Origin: Octopus sinensis
Lineage: Eukaryota
Length of the DNA stretch: 63,471 bases
NCBI RefSeq assembly: GCF_006345805.1
Contig: NW_021831823.1
Coordinates: 1 to 63,471 of the forward strand
Direction: 5' to 3'
The notes below the pieces were generated by a model, which was not told where the DNA came from, ran no database searches, and saw only the letters and a list, made by a program, of their open reading frames with translations. This document shows, in pieces, positions 27,249 through 39,699 of this stretch. Position 1 is the first letter of the stretch, and each line of letters opens with the position of its first letter. The translations under genes were made by a program, and so were the position numbers.

Positions 27249-29080
27249 TAGGGCAACCAAAAGTCATATAAGTCATATTATTTTTTATTGGTCATATTGA
27301 TGTTATTTCTATAATTAATAAACTATTATTATATTTTTTAATAGTTTTATTAATTTTTTAGGTCTTATAGGTCATATTTTATGCCGTTAGGTCATATTAT
27401 TTTTGTAGGTCATATTTTTTTGTTAGGTCATATTTATATTTATTAAATCATATATTTTTATTAATCTTTGTTTAAATTTTGACAATAACACGTTTTCACA
27501 CGTTTTTGGTAGTTGGCCGCTTAAATATTATAGATTTTACATGCCGAAAAAAAGCAATCTAACAATCAAAAGTTAATAAAATAATTAAACGATGCCCGTC
27601 TGAATTTCAGATTGATTCAGCTGGACGTTATTTTGTTTGAAATGCTCAGTTTTTGTTAATTTTACGAAAACGTTTAATGTGGTGCAGCACAGGGAAACTA
27701 CCCGGCATAAAAAGGAACAGACAAAATTTCAAACGCAACTCAACACTCTTCCGAAACTTGAAGCAAAGAAATTTCGGAATTTGCTTAGTCGAAATGATGA
27801 CGAAGGCGAATATACCTCTTTACAAAATAAGAAATGAACACTTTATTAATTTTTTTAATAATCTCGGATTTACTGTTCACAGCGAAAGTTGGTGCATAAA
27901 TATTGTTCCAGATTTGCAATATCATTGATTGAAATGCTTAAAACAATTATTTCTGGAAAAGATATATTCATACTTGTTGATGAAACGGAAATCAATAAAC
28001 AGAATTTGTTAACGTTCTTTGTGGACTATTGAAAGTCCTGAAAAAATTTATTTATTAAATTGTTTGGAAATTGAAATTTGTGATGCATCTGCAATTTGTA
28101 GAATTGTGGATGACACAATTCGAATTTATGATATAAAAAGGGAAAATTTTTTATTATTTATTTTGATGCTGCCGTTATATGACTTAGCAGGGAGTACATT
28201 GAAGGTTATGTATATTAAAATGATTCATATACTTGTTTTGCTCATCTTCTGCACAATTGTGCATTAAGATTAGAGCACATTATAAATATATTGACGACTT
28301 AATCTCGTCTATCAAAATGTCGATTGTAAAAAATCCCTCCCGGAGGAGTCTTTTTAAAGTTATTGCTTCCACCTGATGTTTGTTCTAACAAATGGGGCAG
28401 CTGGTTGGACCGCAGCAAAATATTATAGTCGACATCTTTCAAGAGTTCGCGAAATTGTCTTATCCTATCCAAATTGTGGAAAGATTGTGATGAATGCGAA
28501 AAATGCTGTTAGCTCTGAAAATTTGGATAAAAATCTGGCAGAGTTAATGGCTTCATACAACCCTATTATTGATGAAATCAGAAAATGCCAAGAAAAATTT
28601 TATACAATTAAAGATGCAATTGAATTCATTGGTTCCGTTAATTTTGGTGAGGATAATTGTGACATCAACAAGTTTTTTTAAGTGGATAAGTATGTTACCA
28701 TGGACGAATATTAAAAATGCTAGAATTTCTAGTATTTCTCAGAAACATTTATTTACTTATGGAAATGTCCTTCAACATCAATATCTGCAGAAAGAAGCTT
28801 TTCTATGCTGAATAAATTGCTCGAAAAGGATAGAAACTTCAAGCCAGAAAATATTAAATATTATATGATGCAATATTATAATAAATTCATTGATTGAAAT
28901 GTCTAATTTTTTCATATTTTCAAATTCAGAATATCTAAAAATCAAAATTCGATAGTCATATTTTTATTTTTTAGGTCATATTTTAATATTTTTAAGTTAT
29001 ATTTTAGAATTTTAAAGTCATAAAGTCATATTTTTACGGTCATATTTAACTTTTTTAAGGTCATATTTCTGGTTGCCCTA
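27249..29080 (+). mobile_element. CGGBP1-like hAT transposon, copy 1
   Basis: TIR TAGGGCAACCA, 8-bp TSD CTCATAAC, many subterminal GGTCATAT repeats; frameshifted transposase FCLKCSV...QHRET.RH, LVDET, ERSFS. Confidence 0.88.
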
Positions 29081-29139
29081 CTCATAACTAACGAAATTTT
29101 TTTTTAAATTTCACAATTCAAATTTTAATTGCTGTTTAA

Positions 29140-29570
29140 CTAAATTCCCGGCCTTGTAAATGGAACACTGTTTCCACGTACTATAGCCAAGGAAATCCTT
29201 TCGAGAAGCCACTTGGACTCGCGTGGGTCTCCCCGTTTATGAGAAATCATGCGGCCAAGCTTTTTCAAAAAGGAAAGAGACTTTTCGCCGATGACGCCGG
29301 AAGTCTCGACGGCGATAGGAGTGAACAGATATCGTTCAGAGAGCTCCTTGTACTTTCCGATCTTCGTCTTCTCGGTTTTGCGAGAGACTGAGCCTGCCTG
29401 ACAGCTGAAGAAGGAAAATTAAGCTCCGAGAAAGTGTCTGAACACGTCGCATCCAATATCAGAGACTTGCCGAACTCAAACGGGAAAGTCGATAGACCGT
29501 CCGGTCTTTTTCCGTCTCCCCTCGCAAGCCCAACGGGTTCAAGGATTGGTGGAATTCCAGCGGCCGTAAC
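29140..29570 (-). mobile_element. CRE-clade non-LTR 3' fragment
   Basis: AGIP.ILEPVGLARGDGKRPDGL...DATCSDT...PIAVETSG...RISLAIVRGN. Confidence 0.85.
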
Positions 29571-29879
29571 TAACTATTTTAATTTTAAATTTTCAAGTTT
29601 TTTTAATTGAATTAAAATATTATTATAAAACTATAAATAATTTTTTTTAAATATTAAAGATCTCGCGGCACCTAAAACCAGACCTCGAGGCACCAAAAGT
29701 GCCGCGGCACCCCGGGTGGGAATCGCTGGTATAGAAGTTATCCGTTTCTTTGTTCATCTTCAGATTAGTTCAAGTTTTAATGAGCGCTGATAAAGTATTT
29801 ATACTAGTTAATTATGGGTGGTTTATGTTTGCTGTTGTAATTTTTTCAATACTTTATATTTTGTAAGCAATATTTTGTG

Positions 29880-30702
29880 AAAATACAATTGTATAGTAAT
29901 TAATTAACACAGATTTTGATCTTTTCTGACAGATCTAAGGGTTCAGCATCAATGTTTCTGAAACTTTCGTGTTTGTTATATTTCATATTATGCAGCTTAG
30001 AAAAACCTGCTTCGCATAAATAGGTCGTTGAAAACTGTAAAATTATGGTCAGTGCTTGTTTTGATAAATTGCCATTCCATCTTATCCTCAGCTACTAATT
30101 AAATACTTGTTCAGTTTTTTGATAAACCGGGATATATGTTTCGAATATATATACAGAATTCTCTAATATTTGTAAAATGTCAGATAAATACGCAAGTTTT
30201 AAAGACGAAATTGGATTCTGAATTTTTTCAACAAATTCAACAATGTGATGATATTATCTCATTATTTTTAGATTTAAGTAATGAAACAAGTCCATTAATA
30301 CGACTAGACATAGACGGGGCTCCATCTGTACATATACCAATACAATTGGCAAATGAAATATTATTGATATTGAAATAATCGTTTAATATCGTGAATATCA
30401 ATTGCTCGAGTAGTATTAAAAGAGGCTTGCAAAACAAGAATTGTTCTGTAATTTTTCCCAGAATAAACAAATCGTATATATGCCACCAAATGTGCCATTC
30501 CCGAAATATCCGTGGCTTCGTCAGTTGTAATGAAATCGAGTTTCTTTAATAGAAAAATGAGGAAAAAATGATTATTTAATTTTAGTAATTATTTTAATTT
30601 GTTTATCTTTTTAAATTAATTAGGAGAAAAAAATATTTAAATTTGTATTTGTCAGGGGGCACACTAGAAATCGTTTCGCGGCACACCGTTTGACAACCTC
30701 TG
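29880..30702 (-). mobile_element. Deleted Buster-type hAT element
   Basis: 5' TIR CAGAGGTTGTCAAAC with flank ATTTAGAT; FLFCKPL, CIGICTDGAPSM, FSTTYLCEAGFS. Confidence 0.8.
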
Positions 30703-31534
30703 ATTTAGATAAATTTAGTGTTGTTTAGATGTTTGTAATTCTGATTGTTTATTGCTCCTGATTTTAGTATTCATTAAATCTATTCAAGTCAAAATAATAT
30801 TTTACTTAAAATCAAAATCAAGATATAAATTAAACTTCTTCTAGTTGCTCCATTCTGTATTCGCAAAGTGATTCAGATAGGCAAGCCCACTCTTTCACTT
30901 CGAGGTACTGACAGGCAGAGACGATGTTAAAGACATACTAATTTGGTGATAAATCTCTCTTATTCGCTTGTCCAGTTCGAACGTTCTTTCCCATGATTCA
31001 ACCCTGTTTCTAAAAGAAACAAGTGTCAAAATATATATTATAATTGGCATGAAAATAGGAATCTTAGCAAATGGAATTAATATTTATTGTAAAACGGTCG
31101 TTCTTATTACTGAATCATATAATCGAGTTCCTTTTCTTTATTATGTAATTTGATCAGACAATAACCAAATTTGATTCTTTATATCTTACAAACTCTTTGA
31201 TTATTAAAAATATTAGAATCTTAAAAAATGGTTTTTGTGCCATAAGTTGCACGAATCATAAAATTTATATCATATTATTTAAAAAATAGAGCTTACATTT
31301 CGGTTCATTTTCATGGTTATAAAAAATTCGATTACGAACATTTTTAAAATGATCGCCGAATTAAACCCTTAAAAGAGACACTTTCCAGAGTTTTATTAAG
31401 GGAATATAAATGTATATAAGAATGTATGCACTGATATATAACAGATTCGTAAGTATTGTATTTCGTGACCAAACATTTAACAATTATTCAATTGGAATTG
31501 CTAAATTAAAGTCAACAAAATTACCTAATTAGGA

Positions 31535-31660
31535 GTCCATCACGTGCACGCTCTCCCAGAGGGAATCATACTTTTTAATCCTGGAATACTCTGCGCTGGA
31601 GGAAGTATTTCCAATAGTGCGGGCATAGGTGTGTGCGCAGGTCGAGTCCCATCAAAGCAT
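31535..31660 (-). mobile_element. Degenerate CRE endonuclease-tail fragment
   Basis: Translation WDSTCAHTYA...TSSSAE..RIKKYDSL resembles the WDATC.DT...AE..K..KY..L tail of the other CRE copies here. Confidence 0.5.
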
Positions 31661-31825
31661 CATCATTTATTTTATAGAAAAGAAAAGACGGTTAGAAAAG
31701 AAGAAAGGTTTTTTGAGACTACGCAATTTAGGGTGCCCGCCCAGCCTCACGGATTGCGTAACACTTGACTTATCCCTATTGGCTTCCTCACTTTGTAAAG
31801 TAAAGATAACAGAAAATTTAAAAAA

Positions 31826-31896
31826 TGCGCCAGCCGGGAGTCGAACCCGGGTCGCCTGCTTGGAAGGCAGGTATAATACCGTTATACAACTGGCGC
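31826..31896 (-). tRNA. tRNA-Gly (anticodon TCC)
   Basis: 71-nt cloverleaf: acceptor GCGCCAG/CTGGCGC, anticodon arm CCTGC-CTTCCAA-GCAGG, T arm CCGGG-TTCGACT-CCCGG; followed by an oligo-T Pol III terminator. Confidence 0.95.
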
Positions 31897-33160
31897 TGTT
31901 ACTTTATTAGTATAAAGAATACTAATAATTCATAATATTGTTATTTCAGGTTTCAGGAAAATTTTCAAATTTACTAGTGCCTCTAATTTGTCCAGTTTTT
32001 AATGTTCCTTGTATTTTTACATTCCGTTGCATTTCAAACGCCGAGGTCGTGGTGTAGCTTTTTCGTGTAAGTTTAAGTCGAAGCGGTCAGGTTCAATTTC
32101 TTCTTTTCTTTGATGTTTTAATGTCAGTGAATTAATTTTCATATCAGCATCAATAATAGAATGGTGAAGGTTGGTGTTTACTTTTAGGAAAAGCACACCT
32201 CAAGTTCTTATCCTAACCCTGACCGAGTGGATGTTCAGGCTATATTTGAGAATTGAGTGAAGGTAAACACAGTTTTGAATATTGAATCCAAGAATGTACA
32301 GGATAAAATCATGATAGAAATTGCTTTGCCACTATCAAGTGCCCTGCCATATCAGTTCTTCCAGATTTCAGTTAGCTGTACTTTGCATGAAAACCTGACC
32401 TTTTTATGTTGATCTAAAAAATTGAAAGGACCATTGACGGATTATATAGTTTTTATCAACACAATAAACCACAAGAAAACTTGGATAGCAATAAATTATC
32501 AAAACATCATGTTCACTATTTTCTATATTGAACAAAAAATAGAACAAGGAATCAAAATAACAATAAATTATAAAATTATTTAGAGATTTTAATAATGTAT
32601 TCAGTGACTTTTTGAGAATGATTAGTTTGATAATTTCTTAAAATTTTTTTGTATTTCGTATACTTTTCCTCTTTGTTCATAATCATTCTCAAGAAACCAT
32701 AATTCAAGCGCCTTCGCATATTCAGTAGCTTCATTAGTGTCGGAACATATAATTCAACTTTTGTGAGATAACCATACATGCCTTTTTATTTGATTTGTAT
32801 TCCATTTATAAATTACAGATTAAATCTCCTCTTCCTTTAAAGTAGTGCTTGAAATCTTTGAATATTACAAACTTTTAGAGACGTGGACTTGAAAAGATAT
32901 TCATTGATTGTAAATCAAAATGATCGTTTTTAAGAACCAACATTTGTTAGAATTACAAATATTTGTTATTGTAGATTGCATTAATATAGCCTGTCACTGT
33001 AGAGAGGATTGACCGAATTTCAAACTAGAAAATATTCAAACATCATCATCCTTGAACTGCTGAGTTGTTGTGATCTGAAGGGACATGTCTGTACAATTAA
33101 GACAAATTCAAAATGGTTAAAAATATTCCCTAATTTATTGGAGTGCCCTAATTTGAACAT

Positions 33161-33770
33161 TTGACTACTTTGGAGTGTTTTTGTGCATCTGGGGAATCAA
33201 AAATATTATGTAAAACAATCCATGATTTGTTTACTGCTGAGTCAGATAGACCACAAATAAACCTACAATCTCAAATATGGCGTTATTAATCAGTATATAA
33301 ACAAATATTCCGGCGATGCTAATCCTCTTTAGTGGTTGGTAGTGTAACCACTAACTTGTATAGAACACACTACTACTCACTTTACTTTCATTCACTCTGG
33401 AATCATACAAGACAATACATGGGGAGATTCCTGCTGGCACTGTCGTATACAACTTCTGCCAAGACACTGGTGTGCAATTCTTACATTATTTAATCGATCT
33501 TTATTTTTTTATTTAATTGGTTCAGAAGGAATATTTCGCGATGGTGTTTTTTTAATGTTTAAATTATTTGAACTTCCATCATTTTGTAATATTTTGGAGT
33601 TTATTCCTTCAATCTGTTTATTCGACTTTATTGATATTCTAAAACTATTAAATATATACTTCAAAAAAGTCAGTTCTTGACAAGTAAAAGCCCCAAGAAA
33701 TAATAATTTAATATTTTTATGTTCACAAAAATTCACTATTCTTTAATAGTGAACATTTTATAGGTGGTAT
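33161..33770. repeat. Dispersed repeat of about 600 bp, copy A
   Basis: High identity to 43246-44005, apart from about 150 bp present only in that copy. Confidence 0.9.
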
Positions 33771-33789
33771 TCATTTTAAAATTAATATA

Positions 33790-36392
33790 TTAATGAGAAT
33801 TACTAATTGCATTAATATGGCCTGTCACTATAAAGAGTAATTCTCTCGCTACAGTTGAATAATGAACACAAAATGGATTAGTAATTCTTCACAAAAGTGA
33901 CATGTTCGAGCATTCCCTCCCTCCCCACATAATATAACGACCCCTCCTTAGTGAGGACTGACACTCGACTTGACAATATGCACAAACTAATACCTCATGT
34001 CAGCAAATGAGTCCTTCACTCTCATTATTCTCAATTTGGGGATTCCAACAAACGATACCAGTCCTGTCGAATCGACACACATCAAATAACTACATTTCCC
34101 CCCCTTTATTACTGTCAATTTACACTTAATTTAAATCACAATAATACTTTATTATAATTTAATTGGACATATTTGGACAACCTGATTGATTTCCCCACCA
34201 CAAATGAGTATATCTAAACTGGGGAATCATCCTTACCCCCACGCCCGTGGAGAAACAAATGAGAATGTGTCTGGCTCGAGTGACCTCACAATTATTGGTC
34301 AGTTCCATGAAGGTGTGGTCGAGCAGGTAGAAATCTATTATTTCCCATGTCTTCAAAAAATTGATTTCCATAACTGAAAGTAACCTCCTCACCCAACCTG
34401 TCCTTATAAGCATTCTCCCGACCTTGCATTCGAATATATCAATCCCCCATCCCTTCCACGCCACAAAGTGCACTATTTTGTCTAACTGTCAATCACACAC
34501 CTCACCATTCTTGTAGAAATGTTTATAAACACCCCAATGACTGTAATTAGAACTACTATTATTTAATATTCTAATTACTTTAAATTATTTTCCCTTTTTT
34601 GGAATAAATTCTTAAATACATTGAATGACTGGCGCGAAAAACTGGACCGTTTTAGTGGAGTGGTGAGTGGACAAGAGTATTCGTGAAAGTGAACAGCCTT
34701 GGTGACATAATTCAAAACATACAATTTATCATCACAATATACATATATTCTACCCAATTAAACACAAAACATACAATTTCCATTTAACATCAACACTCAA
34801 ATCCAACACCTCACAAGAAGGCTCAAAGACAAATCTCGAGAATTTTCCACATGCAGCCATCCGAATGGTCTCCTGAGTGACCTACCATAACAAAGAAGGG
34901 TATAAAACAGGGAATATGTCGGACAGGTCGAGAACAGATATAGTCTGTGCCCGCAGAATGAGGAGTGAGAGAGAGGAGTCGAAATATATATTATGAATGG
35001 GCTGGTGGAATGCTCCCCCTACCCTCATAATCCGCCTCATCGAGTCGGCCTCCCAAAACCGAACAGTCCCATCCAGGTGGCTGAGTGAGACAGCACGACT
35101 ACCCAGTGACCAGCGGGGGGGAGGCCATGCAGGTTATCGGGGGGTGGTTGACTGACTCGAGGAGGGTGGTCACCTCCCACTCTCCCAGGTCCACCACGGC
35201 CAATTCATGGGCACTGAACACGAATATTTGGTAGGGCAGATCTAAGGGTACTCACGTGCTATTCACACACGAATTCCACGTGGATTCCCGCCATATTATT
35301 AGGTCAACCACCCGGGAATGGAAAGTGAGGACCAGTCGTCTTTCTGCCTGGAGGACTGTCACCACATTCCCCACAGAACAGCCCCCAATAAAGCAGGCCA
35401 GTCCACTCACCTCGTCTGTCTCCATTTTTGTGATTGGCTGGCATTCTACACTATGAGGACTCCCACTACCCTTCTCTGCGTACAGGGAGACCTTCCCTGA
35501 CCGAAAGTGCCCCTGGTCCTCCTCAAAGTCCATCTTCTCGTACATTCCGTTGTCATATGCACAATTGAAGTAAATTCCGTCACTACACCAGTTGGCAGTC
35601 ACCAAAGTCTATTATTATATTTATATATATTTAACTTGTTTTAAATATATAGTTTTTAATATTTTATTTTTACTATTTAATAGTATTATTGTGCCTGTGG
35701 TGTGGGCGATTATAAGTAGAGCACGATTAGGGTTGGGAGATATGGCCACAATATCGCCCCTGTGAGTGACCAACCAAACACAACTCGCCCTGGTTGGAGT
35801 ACACCACATTCCTCCTGTTATCCACCCCTTCAATGTCAAAGACACGAATGAACGTGTGCTGTCCTTCCTCCACATAGCCCAGCCACACCTCCCTCCTGTC
35901 ACACGTCAGGCAACAGGCCGTCAGTCTGGACTTTGTTCTACCAAATATTAATTAATCCAACAGTTCTGAGAGTAGAGTAGTGGATTGTAGACTGAGTTGT
36001 TGGTCCACTTTGGTCAGTCCATACACTTGGATAGTCTCCTTCCCAACCAGGAGTAGTTGGTTCTTTTATAGTTTGACCAGACTTAACCTCAATCCTCGAG
36101 AAGTACAAATATTGTGCCTTTCTGTCGACTTGGCAGACGTGGTGAGTGTCCGGGAGGGCATATCTGGCAAGGAATGGGTAGAGTCATACAAGTGGAGGTG
36201 ATCCTCGCTTAGAATCCCCAGCAGTTGGTTTCTCTCTTGGAAGGCAACAGCGATGGGATTGGAAGGGTATCCAATATGACTTTTCTAATCAAATTATTAA
36301 TTTAATTAAACTTTAAAGAATGTGAAGTATTCGTCCTGAGTTTTGTCATTTTGGTTTGCTTTCATGCACTTGAAGAATGACCACAACCCCAT
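33790..36392 (-). CDS. LLGL: Lethal giant larvae (Lgl)-like WD40 protein, multi-exon; 3' end approximate
   Basis: FTFFK|KSHIGYPSNPIAVAF, LTFHSRVVD, HELAVVDL, LVTG|HLDGTVRFW and the aPKC-site-like PLKRSSFSRQSF; at least 10 micro-introns. Confidence 0.8.
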
Positions 36393-37097
36393 AAGCAGGC
36401 CGAGTTATCTCAGTTTGGTTGATAAATACAAAAATAACGAGTAATATCTGATAAGATTATTTCTACGAATATTATGCCGTCGCAGTCTAATTTATGTGAT
36501 CAATTCATATTCTCCACTCAGATTGGATGACGTATATAAAAAAGAGTAAAAATCAAAGTGATTCCCTATCACTGCCCTTAGAGTAACTGTTCAATCTTCC
36601 TTTGTACAAAACAGCAAGGGGATTATTTTTGTCACTTCTAAATAGTCTGGAAATGAACGTGGGTGATCCAAATCGTTGAATTTATTTGACATCACAAAGG
36701 CCGTTTTGTTCCCTGAGTAATGTGGGGATCCCATCTTATTGAGGAAAGCTGTGCATTTTTAGTCGACTTAATAAAAGAACGACATTTATATTGTTATGTT
36801 GGTTCTCGAATATCGAAGAGTGCCGAAGCTTGTTTGATAAAATTGTCGAAGGACTTGTCGAGTTTAGGATTGTAGGGATTTAGTGGGATATTTGAGTTTT
36901 ACCGTTCATTCAGGTAACCTGTAGAGTAAAACTGGCTCAGAAATGTGTAATGTCTACAACAGAATTGGAGATGGTTGTTTTTATCAGGTTGATCACACCA
37001 TGTAATCGAGGACTTTAATAATGGGATCAATGCGGATATGAAATATATGTCAACTTAATTATGAGGAATATATAACCAGGCAATGAAATATTAATCG

Positions 37098-39412
37098 ATG
37101 TATCCTTCACTGTTTGCATTATTTGTATGCACTGCATTCTCTTATGACCAGAAGTTGTCATTTGCTGGCCTTGTAATGCTATTATTTCACTCCTTTTTTA
37201 GCTACCACTACAGAAACACGTGCAAAAGGTATTTGGGATAAACAACTGGTTATTTAGAGAGAAGAAATGACACTCTCCGAACATGTATTATTCTTTAATC
37301 CCACTACAATTATAGAGACGCGAGACACTGATAAATGTGGAATGGGTATGAAATACGTTTATTTTATGTTAGAACATTGTAGTGAAGTGGACAGAACAAA
37401 GATATGTAAGCTCAGTAGTACAATAATTTGCAGGACACTATTATGAACCAAGTTGATAAAGTATTAGGGATTGTGATATATTATAGGAACACATACTTGC
37501 TTCTCTCCGAAAGGTTATGCTTGTTTGATAATGAGTAGTACTCTGATGAATATCTGTCCAGACGGTATTAGTGCTTATTAATTTATAGCTTCAATCGCAT
37601 TCCCAGCATTCCAAGTGAATTTGCTGTTATGACTATTTATAGATTCATACAATAGTTGCTCGTGCCACTGACGTATTGTAGTGCTCATTAGAAACATTAA
37701 AACCACCACTCCGCCTACCACCCTCTCGACTACCACGACCACCCCGACGACACTCAGCACTCCGACGACACCCAGCATTCCGAGCACGATTCCAAAAGGT
37801 TATATTGAATAAAACTATTGTTAGAGAATATAGTAAAACAAGCCGAAATAAAGTTAAAGGATGAAAGGAACAAGACAAAAGTGATATATAGACCTGTGTA
37901 TATTAGATTATACAAATCATGGATGACATGACTAGAACGAACAATGTGGAGAAACAAGATATATCCATGTACATTATTCGCGTGAACAGCAGGTTTCACA
38001 AACTATGCGAAGAACCCACCGAAAATGCCGCGAACTTTGAACTTTCGAATGAAAAAATGCGCATAATAGACAAAACTGTGGCGAGCACATTATCATATGA
38101 ATTGGAGGAACAAGATATTCAATGTGAGCTCACGTTTGATACAGAAACAGACATCCACGGTGCATTTTAGATTTATTCCTCTCAGTGAGAACTGTGTACT
38201 GGAATGACACGATAACTTTTAAATCCAAAAAGCCCCAAATCTTGGGCTCGAAGGTCTTTTCAGTGAGTTTGCGAGTTAAGACAGAGTTAAAAGTCAAAAT
38301 TACATTTCCGGTGAGTCCCACATTTATATTGCTTAGACTAATCGGACTAACTTGACTTGCGCATATTTCGACGAGAACAATTCAGAGTGGATTACGAGTG
38401 GGGGGACGACGCTGTTTACTAATGCGGGGGTTGTCTGCGTATTCAATCACCTGACGAGCTTTGCTGTGATCTTTGTTGCTCCTTGATTGCTGACAATGCA
38501 GAGACCAGAACTCCTGAATGTGAAAAGTCCAGTCAAGTTGTACATGAACACCATACTGCTCGCAATCTCGACATTTTTGATATTTTTTTCGATTTTGATA
38601 TTTATGACGAATATAAAGTATATTTGCTGGTACCACTCGCTAGAATACAAATCAAGTCGACCTTCCAACTGGCACTGCTTCATTTTGAATTCTCGATGGT
38701 AATTGTAAACATTACATTTCTTTCCATACTACACAACTCGGAGAACGAGGGAGTGACTGCGTGCACAGCCAAAGGATTTGTCCTTCATTTCGGACTTTTG
38801 GCACAATTTCTGTGGATGCTGGCGGAGACGTACATCCACTATATTAAATTTGTCAAAGTCATCGGCATCACCATCAACAAAATAATCACCAAAGCAGTCG
38901 TGCTAAATTGGGGTTCTCATGCATTTGACCACTCGCAGGCATTCCATTGTGCATTGTGGGGACGATCGCTCTTGTTGACTCGCGTGTGTATTACAACGAA
39001 GGAAAGTAAGGGATTCTATTTGAGTGGGCAGATGTCTGATATCGGGTGTGGGACTGTATACAGGTCTGGTGCTTCCCTGTGCTGCAATCGCGTTGGTCAA
39101 TCTCATCTTGTTTGCCATTATTGGACTGCACATAAAAAAGGCTCGAGTAGAACATTCAAAGCAGATGTTTCAGGAGAACAGAATATTGGCAGTGTTGGCA
39201 TTCTCTTCTGGTTTGCCGGTTGTGCTATTTCAGGATTACCGTGGTTTGTATACTTCTTTGTCCAATTCGACACGACTGGGACATTGGACTACATTGCCAG
39301 TCCTGTTATTTGTCTTACTGGAGCCATCGTTGTTATCCTCAACTTGATGACCCGGCCTAAGAAGACAGTCCAAGATAAGACTATTTTCCAGAAAGTCTTT
39401 TCATATTTCTAA
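37098..39412 (+). CDS. Adhesion GPCR (signal peptide, Cys-rich region, Thr/Pro stalk, GAIN/GPS, 7TM); 5' exons uncertain
   Basis: MYPSLFALFVCTAFS; TTTPPTTLSTTTTTPTT; GPS CAYFD...W...CVFNHLTSFAV; C...G.VLHF.LLAQFLWMLAE; NWG|IP; GLPW. Confidence 0.82.
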
Positions 39413-39699
39413 TTGATACTAACAGTCTTTTCCTATATTTTACTAACAAATCGCTTTATTAAAAATGACGAACTTAATTAGAACGTCTTGTTCTCTCAAT
39501 ATCGTTGAGTACTTCATGTAGTCTGTTTGCGTACCTCTGTTTGACTTTCGTTACTTTTTTTAATTAAATCAATTTAAATAAGACAACGAAAATCGTTAAG
39601 ACCCAGCGGCAAGGACGCAGTGTGCGTTGCCCCGAACAATGGCCAGGCCGATGCGCTGGCGGAACCAGAGGCCCTCTCTCGTGTCCTTGAGCCTCCTCT

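Larger units (their letters stand above)
20523..29728 (-). mobile_element. Outer Buster-type hAT element hosting nested insertions
   Basis: Ends CAGCGTTTCCA / GGGAATCGCTG; perfect 8-bp TSD GTATAGAA; BED-finger remnant PRCIVCSKILSN..MVPSKMKRHL at 26921-27124. Confidence 0.85.

Noticed and set aside
27260-27450. GGTCATAT arrays as nuclear-receptor response elements or an independent repeat
   Set aside because: They are subterminal repeats at both ends of both hAT copies.
31530-31800. GC-rich, hairpin-forming sequence next to the tRNA as a possible snRNA, SRP, RNase P or SL RNA
   Set aside because: No diagnostic conserved boxes found; part translates as a CRE endonuclease tail and internal T-runs argue against one Pol III transcript.
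36480-37080. Possible additional gene between Lgl and the adhesion GPCR
   Set aside because: Only short open stretches; no consistent exon chain or family motif could be built.
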